Part shown: positions 23,223 through 26,079 of the stretch, piece by piece
Layout: every line of letters begins with the position of its first letter
Position numbering within the stretch: the stretch's first letter is position 1
Virus record (IMG/VR): IMGVR_UViG_3300042922_001138
Coordinates: 1-26,079 of that record
Length of the DNA stretch: 26,079 bases
From: a virus
Taxonomy: Duplodnaviria > Caudoviricetes
Direction: 5' to 3' (one strand)
Notes under the pieces: model-generated
The model's database searches: none
What the model was told of the DNA's origin: nothing
What the model saw: only the letters and a program-made list of their open reading frames with translations
Program-made: the position numbers and the translations under genes

Positions 23223-24685
23223 GCTGCCTCCTCGGCTTCGTCGTCATCCGGACCGAGATCGGCGCCGGCCTTGCGCACGATGTCGCGCGCTTCCTTCTTG
23301 CTCAGGACCGTGCCGACGCCGAGGTAGACCTTCTGCACGATCTCGGCCACGTCGCGCGCCTTCTCGGTCTCGGTCTGCTCGTCGCTGTTCTCCGACTCGG
23401 TCGTCTCGTCCATGACGGGAAGCCCGTAGAGCGCACGGAGGTGAGACTCGAGCGCGGGGTTCCAACGGATCGCGCCGGAGTCGAGCAGGGCTCGGATCGC
23501 CTCAGCGGTGGCCGGGTGCTCGGCGCCGATCTTCGGCGGGATGAGCCGCGGCGCCGGCTCGGTCGGTCCCCAGTTCGCGTCGACGAGGTCCTCGATGACG
23601 TGCTGCTGCACGACCGTGGCGATCTGTCGGGCCCGTGAGTTGAGCGACTTCGTGAAGAAGTTCGCGAACGTGTCGCCCAGCGCGTACGACCCGGTGGAGT
23701 CGTCGCCCCCGAGGTTGAGGAAGTGAGTCAGTGCGCCGCGGCCGATCTGCTCGTCGTAGTACCGGATCTGCTTGTCGAGATCCGGGACCTTGCCGGTCAC
23801 GCCCTTGAAGTCGAACTGAGCCCCATGCGGCAGCGAGACGCCCGCGGCGTCGCCAGCTCGCGCGTCCTTCGCGACCTTGAGCCCGCGGGAGATCTCGTCG
23901 TTCAGCCACTCGAGGACCTTGTCGTCGTCGCTGAGATCGGGCGGCGGTGCACTCGTGTAGGCCGGCAGGCCGAGCCCGTTGCGTTCTGCGGCCAGCGCCT
24001 GCACTCGGAGGGTGCGGTCCTTGAGGAGCCACATCTTGTAGGCGGATCGGAGAAGCGAGACACCGATCCAGTTCGCGCCCTCGCGCTCGTTCACGAACAC
24101 GACCAGACGGTCGATCGGGATCGTGACGCCACTCGTGATCGAGCCGCCCAGCACCTGCGTGCCGCCCGGACCGACCGCGGTGCGGGTGCCGGCGCCGTGC
24201 TGGACGATGGCCTCGAGCCCGCCGTCGCGCGCCGTCTTGAAGTCGGCGATCGTGCGGGGCGGGCGCCACGCGAGCTTGCGGAGGTGGGCGCGGTTCGTCG
24301 CGTCGACGTCGTACACCTGCTCGAAGACCGAGTGGCCGAACACCAGCTCGAGCAGCGCGAGGCGCAGGAACTCATCCCACGAGAACCGACCCTTCGTCCG
24401 CAGCGGGGCCTTCCGCTCCTTGCCGACGATGGCGAGGTCGAGGTCGTTCGCGACGTGCTCCGCCACCTCGTCGCGAACGCCCGTTGCGTCGAGCCGCCAC
24501 TCCGACTCGAGGAGCGGGAGGATCACGGCCATGAGCACCGACATCACCTGCGGGTCCTCGCGGCGCATCCGGTCGTAGACATCGATGGAGAGCGGCCACA
24601 CGAGATCCGGGTTCGTCTCGGCGATTTCGGCGAGCATGCCCGCCCACCCGGGGAGCCCTCCGCTCTGGTGTCCGATCTCCGTCAC
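23219..24685 (-). CDS. Portal protein (DUF935 / Mu gp29-like)
   Basis: YDRMRREDPQV, FGHSVFEQVY, G.SLLRSAY, AERNGLGLP, GSYALG and LVDANWG motifs. Confidence 0.9.
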   Translation of the reverse strand: MTEIGHQSGGLPGWAGMLAEIAETNPDLVWPLSIDVYDRMRREDPQVMSVLMAVILPLLESEWRLDATGVRDEVAEHVANDLDLAIVGKERKAPLRTKGRFSWDEFLRLALLELVFGHSVFEQVYDVDATNRAHLRKLAWRPPRTIADFKTARDGGLEAIVQHGAGTRTAVGPGGTQVLGGSITSGVTIPIDRLVVFVNEREGANWIGVSLLRSAYKMWLLKDRTLRVQALAAERNGLGLPAYTSAPPPDLSDDDKVLEWLNDEISRGLKVAKDARAGDAAGVSLPHGAQFDFKGVTGKVPDLDKQIRYYDEQIGRGALTHFLNLGGDDSTGSYALGDTFANFFTKSLNSRARQIATVVQQHVIEDLVDANWGPTEPAPRLIPPKIGAEHPATAEAIRALLDSGAIRWNPALESHLRALYGLPVMDETTESENSDEQTETEKARDVAEIVQKVYLGVGTVLSKKEARDIVRKAGADLGPDDDEAEEAA

Positions 24686-24697
24686 GGGGGCCTCCTG

Positions 24698-26079
24698 TCA
24701 GAACGCGGCGGTTAGAACGTCCGCCTCAGCGGTGCTCTCGACGTCGTCGCGGGTGATGACGCGCGCCGGGGGTGGCGGCGGTGCGGGCTTCTTCTTGGCG
24801 GGCTTGAACGACTCGAGTCCGATGAGCGCGTAGTTCACGGCCACCACCGGAGCGATGTCGACCGGCGAAGCGTCGCGGTCCCACACCGGCATGCCGCTGA
24901 GAGACTTCGTCGCGCCGTTCGCGATCGCCAGGTCGAGGGGACCCTGCGACCGATGCCGGATCTTGTCCTCACGCATCCGGTCGCTGAGTCGTCCCGCCGA
25001 CGTCAGCAGCACGGTGGCCGAGATGTCGACGATGTCGAACCCTGCTTCCTGCAGCAGCGAGACGAGGTCGGCCGCGTCGCAGCCCTTCGTCTGGATCGCC
25101 ACCTGGTTGATGCCGGTCTTCGCGCGGACCGCCTTCGCGTGCTTGACGACCCACGTCATGCCGGTGCGCTGCGCGATCAGCTCGAGGTGCACGCGGCCGT
25201 CGTCGCGGTAGCCGGCGACGCCGATGCTGGACCGGGTGAGCCGCTTCTCGCGGTGCACGTCGATGCCCATCACCATCCGCGACGACTCTGCGATGAGGGA
25301 GCCGAGGTCGACGATCACGCCGTCGTCGTCGACGACCGGCGCGTCGGCGGACTCTGCCCAGCTCGCACCGTCGAGGTAGGGCTCTACGCGGGAGTTCACC
25401 CAGTCGCACAGGATCTCCGTGCGCTTCGTGGCCTCCGGCTCGTCGCCGAGCAGGTCGGACCAGATCGAGTCGAAGAACATCGGCTTGTAGCCGACGGACG
25501 GGTTCGACTGCAGGATGCCGTCGATGTCGAGCAGCGGGCGTCCCGGCTCGGCGGACCACTCGAACAGCGCGGTCGCGATGTCATGCGTGTTCGCGAACTC
25601 CTCGAGCGACTGCAGGCCGCTGTCGACGTAGCGCTCGTACTCCTGGATCGTCTTGATCGCGCCGTCCCGCAGCGTGCGGAGGACGACCGACTTCGCGTCG
25701 CCTGCCGAGGAGATCCCCCAGAGCTGCGAGTTGAAGATGGCGTTCTTCGTCTTGGACACCGAGCCCCACACGTCCCACGTGTGCTGCTCGCGCATCTCGT
25801 CCATGATCACGCGGGCCGCGGACTTGCCTCGGCCACCCATGCGCGACGCCGCGCGGGGCTCGTACTTCGCACCGTTCCGGAGGCGGAGCGACTTCTTGCC
25901 GTTCGTCTTCACCGGCTTGCGCGTCTCGGTCGCGAGGTCGTCAACCACGAACCGCTGATCATCCTCGTCCGGGTTCGGGTCGCAGCGCTTGAGCGCGGCG
26001 TCCCACGCCTCCTCCGCGATGTCGAGGTTCTGCGCCGTGCCGAGGATGAGGAACTCCTCAGCCGGCAGGTGCTCGGGGA
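24698..26079 (-). CDS. terL: Terminase large subunit (5'-truncated by the window edge)
   Basis: Frame is open to the window end (LILGTAQNLDIAEEAW); Walker B VIMDE, SSAG coupling motif, EWSA/SNPS, and nuclease MGID and VDIAP motifs. Confidence 0.93.
   Translation of the reverse strand, partial: PEHLPAEEFLILGTAQNLDIAEEAWDAALKRCDPNPDEDDQRFVVDDLATETRKPVKTNGKKSLRLRNGAKYEPRAASRMGGRGKSAARVIMDEMREQHTWDVWGSVSKTKNAIFNSQLWGISSAGDAKSVVLRTLRDGAIKTIQEYERYVDSGLQSLEEFANTHDIATALFEWSAEPGRPLLDIDGILQSNPSVGYKPMFFDSIWSDLLGDEPEATKRTEILCDWVNSRVEPYLDGASWAESADAPVVDDDGVIVDLGSLIAESSRMVMGIDVHREKRLTRSSIGVAGYRDDGRVHLELIAQRTGMTWVVKHAKAVRAKTGINQVAIQTKGCDAADLVSLLQEAGFDIVDISATVLLTSAGRLSDRMREDKIRHRSQGPLDLAIANGATKSLSGMPVWDRDASPVDIAPVVAVNYALIGLESFKPAKKKPAPPPPPARVITRDDVESTAEADVLTAAF

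Larger units (their letters stand above)
1..26079. mobile_element. Temperate siphovirus genome segment (integration/immunity module, attP, accessory region, lysis, tail and head genes); both window ends lie inside phage genes
   Basis: Canonical order terminase-portal-protease-capsid-head/tail-tail tube-chaperones-tape measure-baseplate-lysis on the minus strand, converging on integrase and a tRNA-fragment att site; no host housekeeping genes. Confidence 0.95.

Overview
The whole window is part of a temperate siphovirus genome from a high-GC actinobacterium, most likely Microbacteriaceae (host inferred from GC content, gene families and the tRNA fragment). From left to right it holds: the C-terminal tail of a probable repressor, an ImmA/IrrE metallopeptidase and a tyrosine integrase; an apparently intact attP (3' half of a tRNA, probably tRNA-Lys, with a terminator and repeats); and about 5 kb of accessory genes, most with their own leaderless promoter. 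The rest is a minus-strand late operon: terminase (truncated), DUF935 portal, ClpP protease/scaffold, decoration protein, capsid, head-tail genes, tail tube, frameshifted chaperones, tape measure, baseplate, lysis cassette, and a final SGNH-esterase/lectin receptor-binding protein. The most notable element is a lower-GC module at about 3830-8420. It links the catalytic part of that receptor-binding protein to a convergent cassette encoding a QueC-like PP-loop enzyme, a small 2-TM peptide and an O-antigen ligase/Wzy-family protein. This resembles epsilon15/D3-type serotype conversion, but in a host lacking LPS. Other points: a multi-hairpin element inside the head operon, internal start sites in the lysin and protease genes, a lysin with Asp at the usual catalytic His, and a non-canonical tail-chaperone frameshift. 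All family calls come from motif recognition by eye, not database searches.
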